NCBI GenBank assembly: GCA_964398475.1
Contig: CAYNMP010000001.1
Coordinates: 211,912 to 275,911, forward strand
Direction: 5' to 3'
Origin: an uncultured Chitinophagaceae bacterium
GTDB taxonomy: Bacteria > Bacteroidota > Bacteroidia > Chitinophagales > LD1
DNA: 64,000 nucleotides
Part shown: in pieces, positions 10,387 to 20,740 of the stretch
Layout of the letters: each line of letters begins with the position of its first letter
How positions within the stretch are numbered: the first letter of the stretch is position 1
Program-made: the position numbers and the translations under genes
Notes under the pieces: model-generated
The model's input: the letters and a program-made list of their open reading frames with translations, nothing else
What the model was told of the DNA's origin: nothing
The model's database searches: none

Positions 10387-10962
10387 TTATATTCTACACT
10401 TTTTCACAAAAGCTAACCAGTTTTTCAGTGTTTGCTCTCCATACTCCGATAAAACAGATTCCGGATGGTATTGAATACCACAGAGATAGCCCGAAGTATC
10501 GGCAATGGCCATCGTTTCACCGGATTCGGATGTGGCAATAATTTCTTGTGCTTTTACATCCGATAATAAGAGCGAATGGTAGCGCATAACGCGAATAGGG
10601 TTTGGGATATTTTCAAATAGGAAATGTTCGGTAAGTTGAATTAGGGATGTTTTCCCGTGTTGCGGTTGTGCCGCTTTAACAAGTTTGTAGCCTAGAAATT
10701 CTCCAATGGCTTGATGACCAAGGCAAATGCCTAAGATGGGTAATTTTCCTGCAAAGGCGCGAATAGTTGCAACAGTAAGACCCCCATTTTCCGGGCGTTT
10801 TGGGCCGGGCGAAAGCACTATGCCATCCACATGCATCGCTTTGATAGCGTCAATGGTTACTTCATCATTTTTTACAACGCTGCAATCTGCTCCACATACC
10901 TTCAATAAATCAAAAAGGTTATAGGTGAATGAATCGTAATTATCAATGAGCAGTATCTTCAT
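10387..10962 (-). CDS. Anthranilate/aminodeoxychorismate synthase component II (class I glutamine amidotransferase, TrpG/PabA)
   Basis: LLIDNYDSFTYN, SPGP, GICLGHQ and QYHPES motifs. trpG and pabA cannot be told apart from the sequence. Confidence 0.93.
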   Translation of the reverse strand: MKILLIDNYDSFTYNLFDLLKVCGADCSVVKNDEVTIDAIKAMHVDGIVLSPGPKRPENGGLTVATIRAFAGKLPILGICLGHQAIGEFLGYKLVKAAQPQHGKTSLIQLTEHFLFENIPNPIRVMRYHSLLLSDVKAQEIIATSESGETMAIADTSGYLCGIQYHPESVLSEYGEQTLKNWLAFVKKCRI

Positions 10963-11491
10963 GCTGTGTGTTGTCTTCCTTCAACAGAGCCTCGTATTTT
11001 GAAAAGGTATCTTTCAATGCCGGAACAACCTTGCCGCTGTATTCCATAACAGAAGGGGCAAAATTGGCGATATAGCTATATACATGCGATGTACTTCGTT
11101 GGGCTACGGAAATTAAATCCCACTTATTGCCAAACCAAACTAAAACGCACAACACATATATCCCTACAATTGAATGTACAACGCCTCCGGCAAATTGGTT
11201 AATGAAATTGAGCGAGAATGATTTTAGAATTTGTTCTAAAATCCAAGCCAATAGCCGCACAATAATTACTATCAAAACAAAAACAGTAACGAAGGCTAAA
11301 ATGGATAGCGATTTTCCACTTAGGTTAGTGAGCTCTTTGAGGTACGACATGGCGATGTACGAGAACTTAACGGCTGCTGCAATGGCAATGAAATAGCCAA
11401 TGAATGAGAATACAGAATAGATAATCCCCTTCGTATATCCCCACCAAAAGGCTACAGCTATAAAAATCAAAAAAACAATGTCGAAAATCAT
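10943..11491 (-). CDS. cvpA: CvpA family (colicin V production) membrane protein
   Basis: MIFDIVFLIFIAVAFWWGYTKGII N-terminus, four hydrophobic segments, C-terminal STSHVY segment. Confidence 0.8.
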   Translation of the reverse strand: MIFDIVFLIFIAVAFWWGYTKGIIYSVFSFIGYFIAIAAAVKFSYIAMSYLKELTNLSGKSLSILAFVTVFVLIVIIVRLLAWILEQILKSFSLNFINQFAGGVVHSIVGIYVLCVLVWFGNKWDLISVAQRSTSHVYSYIANFAPSVMEYSGKVVPALKDTFSKYEALLKEDNTQHEDTAH

Positions 11492-11508
11492 AAAACGGTG
11501 TTTTTAGA

Positions 11509-11958
11509 TTAAGCCGGCAATAAACTTTTAACGGTCTCAGCGATGAGTTTTCCATCGGCTTTTCCGGCTAAAACTTTAGCCGCGCCCATTACTTTACCCA
11601 TATCTTTAGCAGAAGTAGCTCCGGTTTCGGCAATAATTTTTTGAATGGCTTCTTTAATTTCTTCCAATGTCATTTGCTTTGGCAAAAAGCGCTCAATTAC
11701 GGCTACTTCTTCTTTTTCAGTAGTAGCAAGGTCTCCACGGTTCTGCGCTTCAAAAATTTCGATTGACTCTTTACGTTGTTTAACCATTTTGGTTAGAATC
11801 TGAATTTCGCGTTCAGCCGTTAGTACATCGCTTGCTCCTTTCTCGGTTTTCGCCAAAAGAATACCTGCTTTGATGGCGCGCAATCCTCTCAGCGCAACTT
11901 GATCTTTCGCCAACATGGCTGTTTTAATTTCCGCATTTATTGTTTCTTCTAAACTCAT
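11509..11958 (-). CDS. GatB/YqeY domain protein
   Basis: MSLEETINAEIKTAMLAKD, KQRKESIEIF, FLPKQMT, KDMGKVMG and GKADGK motifs. Confidence 0.92.
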   Translation of the reverse strand: MSLEETINAEIKTAMLAKDQVALRGLRAIKAGILLAKTEKGASDVLTAEREIQILTKMVKQRKESIEIFEAQNRGDLATTEKEEVAVIERFLPKQMTLEEIKEAIQKIIAETGATSAKDMGKVMGAAKVLAGKADGKLIAETVKSLLPA

Positions 11959-12077
11959 AGTCGAATTATTTTTCGTAAAACTAATAAAACATTGGATTCG
12001 TTATTCATTTCTCATATTAGTATTAGATTCGAGTTGAATTTTTGAGTTAATATATCCATTGAATAAAAAAGTGTTTT

Positions 12078-13415
12078 ATGAAAAATGTTACGATTGTAGG
12101 CGGAGGGTTAGTGGGTTCAATTTTATCGTGTTATTTATCGAAACGTGGACATCAAGTTACGGTTTTCGAACGCAGAGCCGATCCAAGAGTAGGGGAAGCT
12201 GAGCGTGGTCGTTCTATCAATTTAGCCTTAAGTGACAGAGGCTGGCGATCATTGGAAAAAATTGGGTTGGCGGAGAAGGTACGCCCTATCGCCATTCCTA
12301 TGAATGGACGTATGATTCACCACTTGGATAATTCAACCACCTATCAGCAATATGGTAATGACGGACAAGCGATTTACAGCGTTTCGCGAGGCGATCTGAA
12401 TAAGTTGATGATTGAAGCAGCCGATGCATTTCCGCATGTGGATTTTAAATTTAATCAGCGGTGTGTGGATGTGAATTTTGATAAAACAACACTTACTTTC
12501 GGTGATACTAAAACGAATACCGAAACGGTACATGAAGCAGAAACCGTTTTTGGTGCCGATGGTGCATTTAGTGAAGTGCGCTATGCGATGCAACGTACTC
12601 CGAATTTTAATTTTTCGCAGACCTATGAAGCTTATGGCTACAAGGAGTTACACATTCCTGATAAAGATGGATTGTGGCAGTTAGAAAAAAATGCATTGCA
12701 TATTTGGCCACGTACAAGCTTTATGATGATTGCCCTTCCGAATATGGATGGCAGTTTCACTTGTACATTATTCGCCCCCTTGGAAGGGGAAAACAGTTTT
12801 GCTTCCATAAAAACAGATGAAGATATTCGTGCTTATTTCCAGCAACACTTTGCATCGGCATCGGAGTTGATTCCAACACTGGTAGAGGATTTCAGAAAAA
12901 ATCCAACATCAACATTGGTTACTATACGCAGTTATCCATGGAATTACAAGAATGTATGTTTGATTGGTGATGCTGCACACGGAATTGTTCCTTTCTTTGG
13001 ACAAGGTATGAATTGTGGTTTTGAAGATGTACAAGTGCTTGACGAACTGATGGATGTAAATGCCGACTTGGCCGACTTGTTTTCCGCATTCGGAAAATCG
13101 CGTAAACCGAATTCTGATGCCATTGCCACATTAGCGTTGAACAATTATATTGAAATGCGCGATTTAGCGGCCCGTCCGGAATTTCAACTGCGTTTAAAAA
13201 TTGAGAAGCGAATTGCTGCTGCATTCCCTCAACAATTCCAAACCTCATACAGTATGGTTACATTTAGTGATAAGCCTTATGCTGTAGCATTGGAAAAAAG
13301 TAAACAACAAAGCCAACTGTTAGACGAAATTATGCGTCTGAATACTATAGCCGATACTTGGGAAAGTGATGAGGTATTGACTATTGCAAAAAAATGGATA
13401 GATGCGAATGCTTAA
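12078..13415 (+). CDS. kmo: Kynurenine 3-monooxygenase (FAD-dependent)
   Basis: VGGGLVG FAD motif, GRSINLALSDRG, GYKELHIP, ALHIWPR, MMIALPN, IGDAAHGIVPFFGQGMNCGFED, ALNNYIEMR. Confidence 0.92.
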   Translation: MKNVTIVGGGLVGSILSCYLSKRGHQVTVFERRADPRVGEAERGRSINLALSDRGWRSLEKIGLAEKVRPIAIPMNGRMIHHLDNSTTYQQYGNDGQAIYSVSRGDLNKLMIEAADAFPHVDFKFNQRCVDVNFDKTTLTFGDTKTNTETVHEAETVFGADGAFSEVRYAMQRTPNFNFSQTYEAYGYKELHIPDKDGLWQLEKNALHIWPRTSFMMIALPNMDGSFTCTLFAPLEGENSFASIKTDEDIRAYFQQHFASASELIPTLVEDFRKNPTSTLVTIRSYPWNYKNVCLIGDAAHGIVPFFGQGMNCGFEDVQVLDELMDVNADLADLFSAFGKSRKPNSDAIATLALNNYIEMRDLAARPEFQLRLKIEKRIAAAFPQQFQTSYSMVTFSDKPYAVALEKSKQQSQLLDEIMRLNTIADTWESDEVLTIAKKWIDANA

Positions 13416-15501
13416 ACGATATACTTTTTTGAGTCAACTCATTTTGCTGTTCTTGCCTTTTTTTATTCAAGCGCAGACTACAGAAGATGAGTATGCTATT
13501 CGGCATCAGTTGATGGTTCAGTTGAAAGGCGATGCAGAAATGTTGTTGAATCATTTGCCGGAAGATGCGTATATTAAGGAATGGCTTTCGCGCACCATGC
13601 GCATTGTGCTTTTAGAAAATCCTAAACGAAATTTTACGGAAGACGAAAAAAATCGGTTGGCACAATTGCCTGCTGTTGCTAGGGTTCAATATAATCATAA
13701 AGTGGAGAGACGAAATTTTACGCCTGACGATTTATCGACATTGCAGTGGAATTTGCAAAATACAGGCGGTGTGGGTTCTACATTAGGAGCAGATATTAAG
13801 GCATTAGAGGCATGGGGATTAAAGCATGATGTGGTTTCTCCGTATGGCGATTCCATTGTTTTAGCAATCGTTGAAGATCCAATGGATTTATTCCATAGCG
13901 ATATTAATTACTTCATTAATTACAGTGAAATTGATAGCAATGGTATTGACGATGATGGCAATGGGTATGTTGATGATTATCGTGGTTGGTCACCCATCAA
14001 TAATCAGCCTGCCTATAACGATTTATCTTATGATCATGGAATTCATGTATCAGGTATAGCTGCTGCACAAACGAACAACAACAATGGGATAGCCGGAGTT
14101 GGCTATGGAGTAAAGGTGTTGCCTATCTACGGATCAACTGACATCGAATCTGTTGTAGTAAAGGCCTATGATTACGCTATTACCATGCGCAAGTTATATG
14201 ATGCTACCAATGGTTCAAAAGGCGCATTCGTGGTGGCTTCCAATTCATCATTCGGTATTGGACAGTATGGCGCAAATCCGATTAATTCGCCTATTTGGTG
14301 TGCCATGTACGATTCGATGGGTAAGGTTGGTATATTAAGCGCTGTTGCAGGCCCCAATGCCAATGTAGACATAGATGTGGTGCATGATGTGCCATCGGAA
14401 TGTCCTAGTAAATTTGTATTGGCTGTAACGAATACTAACCGTTTAGATTTAAGACACGGTCAGGCCGCATATGGTATTGTGGGTATAGATTTAGGCGCAC
14501 CGGGCACATCTATTTATTCTACAAAGCAAAGCAATACATACGGTTTACTTACCGGAACATCAATGGCTACCCCTCACGTATGTGGTGCTATTGGCGCATT
14601 GTATACGGTTGCTTGTGAACGATTATTTGATAATTATCTTTCGTATCCCGATTCTTTTGCGTTGGTATTTAAACAGTATTTATTGAATGGCACCGATCGC
14701 ATTAACAGTATGAATCATTATGTGTCATCGAATGGCCGATTAAATTTGTACAAAGCCTTTTTGAATGTAAGGGCCTATAATTGCGACACTTGTTCGTTTT
14801 CGTACACCGTGTCTCGCAACCAAATTAATTGTGCTAACTCAGCCAGCGGAACTGCACAAATTAATTCAAGCGATAATCTAACTTATTTATGGTCGAATGG
14901 CGGAACTGCATCTTCCAAAACGAATTTAACTTCGGGCGTTTATACTGTAACTATTACGGATACTTCCAACTGTTCCGTTGAGCAAAGTTTCTTTTTTGAT
15001 GAACCTCAACCTATCAAAATTAATGGAGTGAACGTTGTGCCAATTACAAATGGTAATCCGGGTAATATTACTGTTGTTGCTAATGCCGGAAACGACAAAC
15101 TCACCTATGCATTGGATACAGGTGCTTATCAACCAGGTTATGTTTTTGCAACATCAGCGGCCGGTAATCACACCATTCATATAAGGAATGAATTTGGCTG
15201 TGTAGTAGATACTGTAATTACGGTTGGTATCGATAACGCAGTTCATGATTTAGCTTCTTTAAATGCCTATATTTATCCAAATCCTACATCATCGGTATTC
15301 TATGTTTTAATGGCAGAATCTACAAATGAATCTAGTTCTTATCGCATTGTGGATATGCAAGGGAAAACAGTGTTACAAAATAAGATGCAAGCTATTCAGC
15401 AGGCGATAGATGTTTCCATGTTAGAAAATGGTTTATATACCCTAACCCTTGAAAGCGAGAATAGGAAGCAGTTTCGTGCTATTGTATCGGTAATGCGATA
15501 A
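13402..15501 (+). CDS. S8 (subtilisin-like) serine peptidase with SprB-like repeat and T9SS type A C-terminal domain
   Basis: Signal peptide, propeptide, NGIDDDGNGYVDD, DHGIHVSG (His), GTSMATPHV (Ser), C-terminal YIYPNPT...GLYTL. The apparent Asp position reads LAIVEDP. Confidence 0.88.
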   Translation: MRMLKRYTFLSQLILLFLPFFIQAQTTEDEYAIRHQLMVQLKGDAEMLLNHLPEDAYIKEWLSRTMRIVLLENPKRNFTEDEKNRLAQLPAVARVQYNHKVERRNFTPDDLSTLQWNLQNTGGVGSTLGADIKALEAWGLKHDVVSPYGDSIVLAIVEDPMDLFHSDINYFINYSEIDSNGIDDDGNGYVDDYRGWSPINNQPAYNDLSYDHGIHVSGIAAAQTNNNNGIAGVGYGVKVLPIYGSTDIESVVVKAYDYAITMRKLYDATNGSKGAFVVASNSSFGIGQYGANPINSPIWCAMYDSMGKVGILSAVAGPNANVDIDVVHDVPSECPSKFVLAVTNTNRLDLRHGQAAYGIVGIDLGAPGTSIYSTKQSNTYGLLTGTSMATPHVCGAIGALYTVACERLFDNYLSYPDSFALVFKQYLLNGTDRINSMNHYVSSNGRLNLYKAFLNVRAYNCDTCSFSYTVSRNQINCANSASGTAQINSSDNLTYLWSNGGTASSKTNLTSGVYTVTITDTSNCSVEQSFFFDEPQPIKINGVNVVPITNGNPGNITVVANAGNDKLTYALDTGAYQPGYVFATSAAGNHTIHIRNEFGCVVDTVITVGIDNAVHDLASLNAYIYPNPTSSVFYVLMAESTNESSSYRIVDMQGKTVLQNKMQAIQQAIDVSMLENGLYTLTLESENRKQFRAIVSVMR

Positions 15502-15503
15502 TC

Positions 15504-16946
15504 TTACACGAAAAATTTCTTGTAAAACTGCATTGCATTGTCGTGCATAATTTTCTGTACTAAAACTTCAGGTGAATAGCCATACCACAATTCTTTTTTG
15601 AATTGAGTAGTTTGAAGATACTCAACCAAATCCTGTTGAAAAAGTGGCATTTTTGCTGAAGATTCATAAGTGTCCATGTGGGTAATTGTACCGTCAAAGT
15701 CGCTACCAAAGGCAGGTACGTTCCATCCCGATTTTTCGTTTACGGCCTTCACGATTTGAAAAGCATTTTCCCAAAACAGTTTACAATATTCCATGCGTTG
15801 TTTCTTCTGTTCAGCAATGGAACTGATTTGTTTAATGGTTTTCACACCTCCCAAATTGCCTCGATCCATCATTAATCCGATAATTCCTTCAGCCTCGTGG
15901 ATGATTGCAATTTCCTCGTTCGATATATTTATACTCCATTTGTACAAGCGACTTCTGCGTGCTTTACGAATTACATCTTTTTCACGGATAGAACTTTCCA
16001 TTGTACTGTATCCATTCATACCTGCATGGCTACTAACGATCGGAATCTTATCGTGTGGGTTTACAAAATTGTAATTACGAATGAATTGATAGTATTCGAT
16101 TCGAGAAGCTACACTCATGTGTTTTGTGTCAATCAAAATTCGTTTGCCGTTTTCTTTGCTGAGTAATTGGCGAATCACATGCCAACCCAGCGGTGTGATG
16201 CCTTTGTCTTTTCCTTTGTTTTGATTAACAAGTCCATTAATAGGCGGTTTGAAGCTAGTTGCGTGTCCGGCCAATTGATTCCAAAAATGGTGTGCTAAGT
16301 TAATGGTAAATGGAGGATACTTCCATTTTTTTATTTTCTGAATGTTGCTTGTTAGCATTTTTTCTAAAGCATCTGCGCTCATCTTTTCCGATAGTGGAGT
16401 TCCTGTACCTAAGGCATGCGCCCCTTCTATGCTCATGATCCCTATGAGTGTATTTGCTTTCTTTAAAGCCTCTTCCAATTCCGAAAAATTATTGACTAAC
16501 ACGAATTCCTTTTTTTTGTCGGAGTTTTTTCCGATAGCATCTTCCACAAACTTATATTCCTTTTGAAGATCGGAGAAATAATCGTAGTGCGTTTTTAGGT
16601 GCACAATACTTTCCAAACTGAAGCCCGTTACCACTTGTTGAACAATATTGATTTTGTTTTTCCCAATCAACCATTTTGGAACATTGCGCATGTGTAGGAA
16701 ACTTCGTTCAATAGGATAAAGTGAAACGTTAAAAACTCGTACATTCCCCTCGTCTAATGAATCTAAATTGCATTGCGATTCTTTCAAAATATGCTGAGAA
16801 ATCGTCTTTACGCGTTCTGCAAATCGACTGTCAGACGCATGAAAAATTTTCTCCCACATTGTGTGTTTTGGTTTGGGAAATCCGGAATTAAAGGATTTTA
16901 GATTCGGATGACAGTGCAGGTCAATGCACAAATTTTGGTTGTTCAT
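15504..16946 (-). CDS. Amidohydrolase-fold membrane dipeptidase family (M19-like) protein
   Basis: IDLHCHP (HxH), SIEGAH, LAHHFWN, IDTKHMS, SHAG and FGSDFDG motifs. Start could be 16946 or 16964. Confidence 0.72.
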   Translation of the reverse strand: MNNQNLCIDLHCHPNLKSFNSGFPKPKHTMWEKIFHASDSRFAERVKTISQHILKESQCNLDSLDEGNVRVFNVSLYPIERSFLHMRNVPKWLIGKNKINIVQQVVTGFSLESIVHLKTHYDYFSDLQKEYKFVEDAIGKNSDKKKEFVLVNNFSELEEALKKANTLIGIMSIEGAHALGTGTPLSEKMSADALEKMLTSNIQKIKKWKYPPFTINLAHHFWNQLAGHATSFKPPINGLVNQNKGKDKGITPLGWHVIRQLLSKENGKRILIDTKHMSVASRIEYYQFIRNYNFVNPHDKIPIVSSHAGMNGYSTMESSIREKDVIRKARRSRLYKWSINISNEEIAIIHEAEGIIGLMMDRGNLGGVKTIKQISSIAEQKKQRMEYCKLFWENAFQIVKAVNEKSGWNVPAFGSDFDGTITHMDTYESSAKMPLFQQDLVEYLQTTQFKKELWYGYSPEVLVQKIMHDNAMQFYKKFFV

Positions 16947-17156
16947 AGGATGTGTTTTTAGCAATTATAGGTTGACACAAGTTTACGTTAAACCATTTCC
17001 AAAACGGATTTATTTTCTGCGAAACGCAAGCGTTTATAAATCAATAATTCCTTTTTTATAAAAAATTGGCAAATGGAAGTAATTGCAATTATTTCTTTTC
17101 GGGAAGCTATTTCTTTTGTCTTACAAACTTCCTACCTTCGAAAACCCCAAAAATCT

Positions 17157-18863
17157 ATGCTACAAAAACGTTGGACCATTAAACACGCAGATGCTGCAAA
17201 AGCAGCATTGTTGCAAGAGGCACTTAAAATTCATCCTGCATTTTGCCGCATGTTGGTAATGCGAGGTGTTGAAACTTTTGAGCAGGCAAGAGCATTCTTT
17301 CGGCCGGAATTGAATCATTTACACGATCCTTTTTTAATGAAGGATATGGATAAGGCTGTAGATCGGATTCATAAAGCCGTAACTGCAAACGAACGCATTT
17401 TAATATACGGAGATTATGATGTAGACGGTACTACCTCTGTATCGCTGATGGTGCTTTTCTTTCAAGACTTTTATCCGAATATTGATTTTTACATTCCGAA
17501 TCGATATAAAGAAGGTTATGGTATTTCAACGCAGGGTATTGACTATGCCGAAGCCAATGGGTGTTCACTCATTATTGCATTAGACTGTGGTATTAAATCA
17601 ATTGATAAGGTTGATTATGCATTGGCAAAGAAAATCGATTTTATTATTTGCGACCATCACTTACCGGGAGAAGAATTGCCCAAAGCATCAGCAGTTCTGG
17701 ATCCTAAGCGGAGCGATTGTACCTATCCGTTCAAAGAATTAAGCGGTTGTGGGGTAGGTTTCAAGCTGATTCAAGCACTGGCGTTGCATTACAACTTACC
17801 TGAGGGAAAGTACTTGGATGTAATTGATTTGGTAGCGGTAAGTACGGCTTCTGATATTGTTTCTTTATCCGGAGAAAATCGCGTACTTACTTATTTCGGA
17901 ATAGAAAAGCTAAATAAGAATCCATCGCATGGATTAAAACATTTAATTCGGCTTACCGGCTTAGAACGTAAACTGGATGTGTCGGATGTAGTCTTCTATA
18001 TTGGGCCAAGAATTAATGCTGCCGGGCGAATGGATGATGCCAAACAAGCGGTTCGATTGATGATAGCCGATGAATCACCACATCATGCCGATCAGGCAGG
18101 GGAATTACAGAACTTGAACAAAGATCGACAAGAAGCAGATCGGGATATTACAGCCCACGCATTGGAAATTTTGAATACAAATGAAAACAACGAGTCGCTG
18201 AAATCCACAGTGGTGTTCAATGCCGGTTGGCATAAAGGAGTGATAGGTATTGTTGCTTCACGTTTAACGGAACATTTTTATCGTCCTACTGTTGTGCTTA
18301 CGGAGCATGAGGGCAAGGTAACCGGCTCTGCACGATCGGTGAAGGGCTTCGATTTATATGAAGCGCTCTATGCTTGTAGGGAACAATTGATTCAATTTGG
18401 AGGACATAAATTTGCTGCAGGCTTAACGATGTTACCCGGAAAAGTAAACGACTTCCGAAACCATTTCGAGCGTGTAGTTTCAGCCTCTATCACACCTGAG
18501 CAATTGATTCCAGAAATAGAGATTGATGCGGAAATAAATTTCTCGGATATCACCCCATTATTCTACAAACTCATCAATGAATTTTCGCCTTTCGGACCGG
18601 ATAATATGAAACCGGTTTTTGTTGCCAAGCATGTGAAAGAAACGGGTTGGAGTAAATTACTTAAAGACAGGCACATCAAATTCAGCTTAAAGCAAAATGG
18701 TGTAACACTCTCAGGTATTGGTTTTGATATGGCGCACAAAATGGAACTGCTCAAAGAAAATGAGCTTGATGTTGTGTTTCAAATCGAACAAAATGAATGG
18801 CAAGGCAATACGTCCTTACAGTTGATGGTAAAGGATATTAGAATAAGTGAAGCTCAGAAATGA
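17157..18863 (+). CDS. recJ: Single-stranded DNA-specific exonuclease RecJ
   Basis: YGDYDVDG, LDCG, CDHH (DHH), GPRINAAGR, GSARS and FGGH motifs. Start placed at MLQKRW (17157). Confidence 0.96.
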   Translation: MLQKRWTIKHADAAKAALLQEALKIHPAFCRMLVMRGVETFEQARAFFRPELNHLHDPFLMKDMDKAVDRIHKAVTANERILIYGDYDVDGTTSVSLMVLFFQDFYPNIDFYIPNRYKEGYGISTQGIDYAEANGCSLIIALDCGIKSIDKVDYALAKKIDFIICDHHLPGEELPKASAVLDPKRSDCTYPFKELSGCGVGFKLIQALALHYNLPEGKYLDVIDLVAVSTASDIVSLSGENRVLTYFGIEKLNKNPSHGLKHLIRLTGLERKLDVSDVVFYIGPRINAAGRMDDAKQAVRLMIADESPHHADQAGELQNLNKDRQEADRDITAHALEILNTNENNESLKSTVVFNAGWHKGVIGIVASRLTEHFYRPTVVLTEHEGKVTGSARSVKGFDLYEALYACREQLIQFGGHKFAAGLTMLPGKVNDFRNHFERVVSASITPEQLIPEIEIDAEINFSDITPLFYKLINEFSPFGPDNMKPVFVAKHVKETGWSKLLKDRHIKFSLKQNGVTLSGIGFDMAHKMELLKENELDVVFQIEQNEWQGNTSLQLMVKDIRISEAQK

Positions 18864-18866
18864 TGT

Positions 18867-20705
18867 CTATCTCGGCTCCAACCAAGCCTTTCTAATCTTC
18901 AATTGTCCTTCCGTTGCGTTATCGGCAAATTTCAGAATATTGTAACGTTTGTTTTCCGATTTAAATACCGGACTACTCAACTTCACTTTTTTGCTCTTGC
19001 CATTTTCCGTTTTTCTCAATACCTGAATAGTAAGCATGTCGCCTTCTTTTACTGTGGCAGACCAGTTTTCACGGAATGCTTTAAACGTAGCAGGTGTAAT
19101 TTTTGTTTTGTTGATTTTCAAAAATTCATCACCTTCTTGGTAACCTAATTTTTTGCCAAAATCGTTCATGTTTTTTGTGCCGGCAACAATAAGTTTTTTG
19201 GTTTCCGGATTATAACCAATTTCAACCATGCCCATCGAAAATTGCTTCGCTACAATAACATTCTCATAGTTTACTCCGGCAAAATTCAAAAATTCTTTAA
19301 ATGGAAGTTTTTCAGCTCCTGCTATGTAGCGATTTAAAAACTCGCCTACCGATGGGTTCGTTAATTTTGTAATAATGTCAAACAGTTCCCTGTCTTTGAA
19401 CGGAGTATTTCTGTCATACGTTTTAGAAAGATCTTGAATTAAATTTAAAAGACCATATTGGCCTTTCGAATCTTGGAGTAGCTTTAAGTCGAGGCACATC
19501 GCAATCAAAGCACCTTTGGCATATACATTTGGATATTCCTTTTCGTATTTATCTAAACAACCTTTGCTTAATTCCGTAAATGGTAATGAATCGTTAAAAG
19601 CAAATTGTGCTTGATTCATTTTGTCGCGTATCACTGCAAGGAATTCTTCCTTTGAAACAAAAGCATATTTCACTTGAACGCTTTGTGCATGATATTCTGT
19701 TGTGCCTTCGTACAGCCACAAGTGTTCCGACATTTTTGGTTGATCGTAGTCGAAAAATTGAATCTCTTCGCTATGTATTGCTAATGGGGTAACAATGTGA
19801 AAAAATTCATGGGCAGCCACTTCATACAACTGAGGCACCAATTGTTCGTTTGTCATTTCAGGCATAAAATAAACAGAGCTATAGGGGTGTTCAAGCGCGC
19901 CAAAACCACCTGTAAGTCCATCGTGGTCAGACATGTAAACTAAAAATGAATAGTTCTCTACCGGTAGTTTACCGCCCAAATATTTTCCTTGCGCTTGCAA
20001 TAAACTATCTAAACGTGTAGCAATGTATTTTGCACGTTGGCTGAATTTTTTGGAGAATACAGAAATCAATACATTGGATGTTCCCACTTTTACAATAGCC
20101 GTATCGGGAATGGTGTACATAATGGGATTGTCTACCGCTTCGTTATAGTTTTGCATTACATATACATCCTTAGTTGTGCTAGCGTCTTTATCGACAAGTG
20201 ATGTGCTTCCAAAGAACTTTGCCGAGTGTTGCACGGTCAATTGGATAGGCGCTCCCATTTGGTTTTGGAAGTACCCTAATAAGCAGTGTAGGTTGAGGAT
20301 ATAAACTGAATCTTTTTCAATGTCGCTACCCGCGGGTTCAAAAATAGGATTGTCGAGTTTTGAATCGTATGAGTCGTTCATGTCGTATTCAATGCGACTT
20401 ACACCTTTAGTGTTATCAATAGCCCAAGCATTAGGCCCACTGGTTTGCGTTTCGATTTTATTGCCATTGATATCGTACGCCACAAAGTGTTCGATGAATC
20501 TTCCATAATCGGATATCGAATAGGTGCCGGGTACAATTTTGGGGAAACTGAATTTTAGTTCTTTACTTTCTACTGCAGGCGGAACGAGTGTTACGTGTAT
20601 TTGGTCGTTGGTTACATTATCTAACGAAATCGAATACTGATAGCTTTTCTGCGCAAATAGGAAAAGTGGAGAAAGCAGTAATAGTAGAAATGATTTTTTC
20701 ATCAA
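18867..20705 (-). CDS. Exported M61 family (glycyl aminopeptidase-like) metallopeptidase with C-terminal PDZ-like region
   Basis: Signal peptide, PKIVPGTY, GALEH, AAHEFFH (HExxH), WLYEG, YAKGAL. Confidence 0.88.
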   Translation of the reverse strand: MMKKSFLLLLLSPLFLFAQKSYQYSISLDNVTNDQIHVTLVPPAVESKELKFSFPKIVPGTYSISDYGRFIEHFVAYDINGNKIETQTSGPNAWAIDNTKGVSRIEYDMNDSYDSKLDNPIFEPAGSDIEKDSVYILNLHCLLGYFQNQMGAPIQLTVQHSAKFFGSTSLVDKDASTTKDVYVMQNYNEAVDNPIMYTIPDTAIVKVGTSNVLISVFSKKFSQRAKYIATRLDSLLQAQGKYLGGKLPVENYSFLVYMSDHDGLTGGFGALEHPYSSVYFMPEMTNEQLVPQLYEVAAHEFFHIVTPLAIHSEEIQFFDYDQPKMSEHLWLYEGTTEYHAQSVQVKYAFVSKEEFLAVIRDKMNQAQFAFNDSLPFTELSKGCLDKYEKEYPNVYAKGALIAMCLDLKLLQDSKGQYGLLNLIQDLSKTYDRNTPFKDRELFDIITKLTNPSVGEFLNRYIAGAEKLPFKEFLNFAGVNYENVIVAKQFSMGMVEIGYNPETKKLIVAGTKNMNDFGKKLGYQEGDEFLKINKTKITPATFKAFRENWSATVKEGDMLTIQVLRKTENGKSKKVKLSSPVFKSENKRYNILKFADNATEGQLKIRKAWLEPR

Positions 20706-20740
20706 GAGTTAAGTGGTTGATTATTGTTTGTAAAATGAAT

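Noticed and set aside
12078-13415. Eukaryote-like kynurenine monooxygenase as a horizontal-transfer novelty
   Set aside because: The kynurenine route to NAD is already known in Bacteroidota such as Cytophaga and Flavobacteria.
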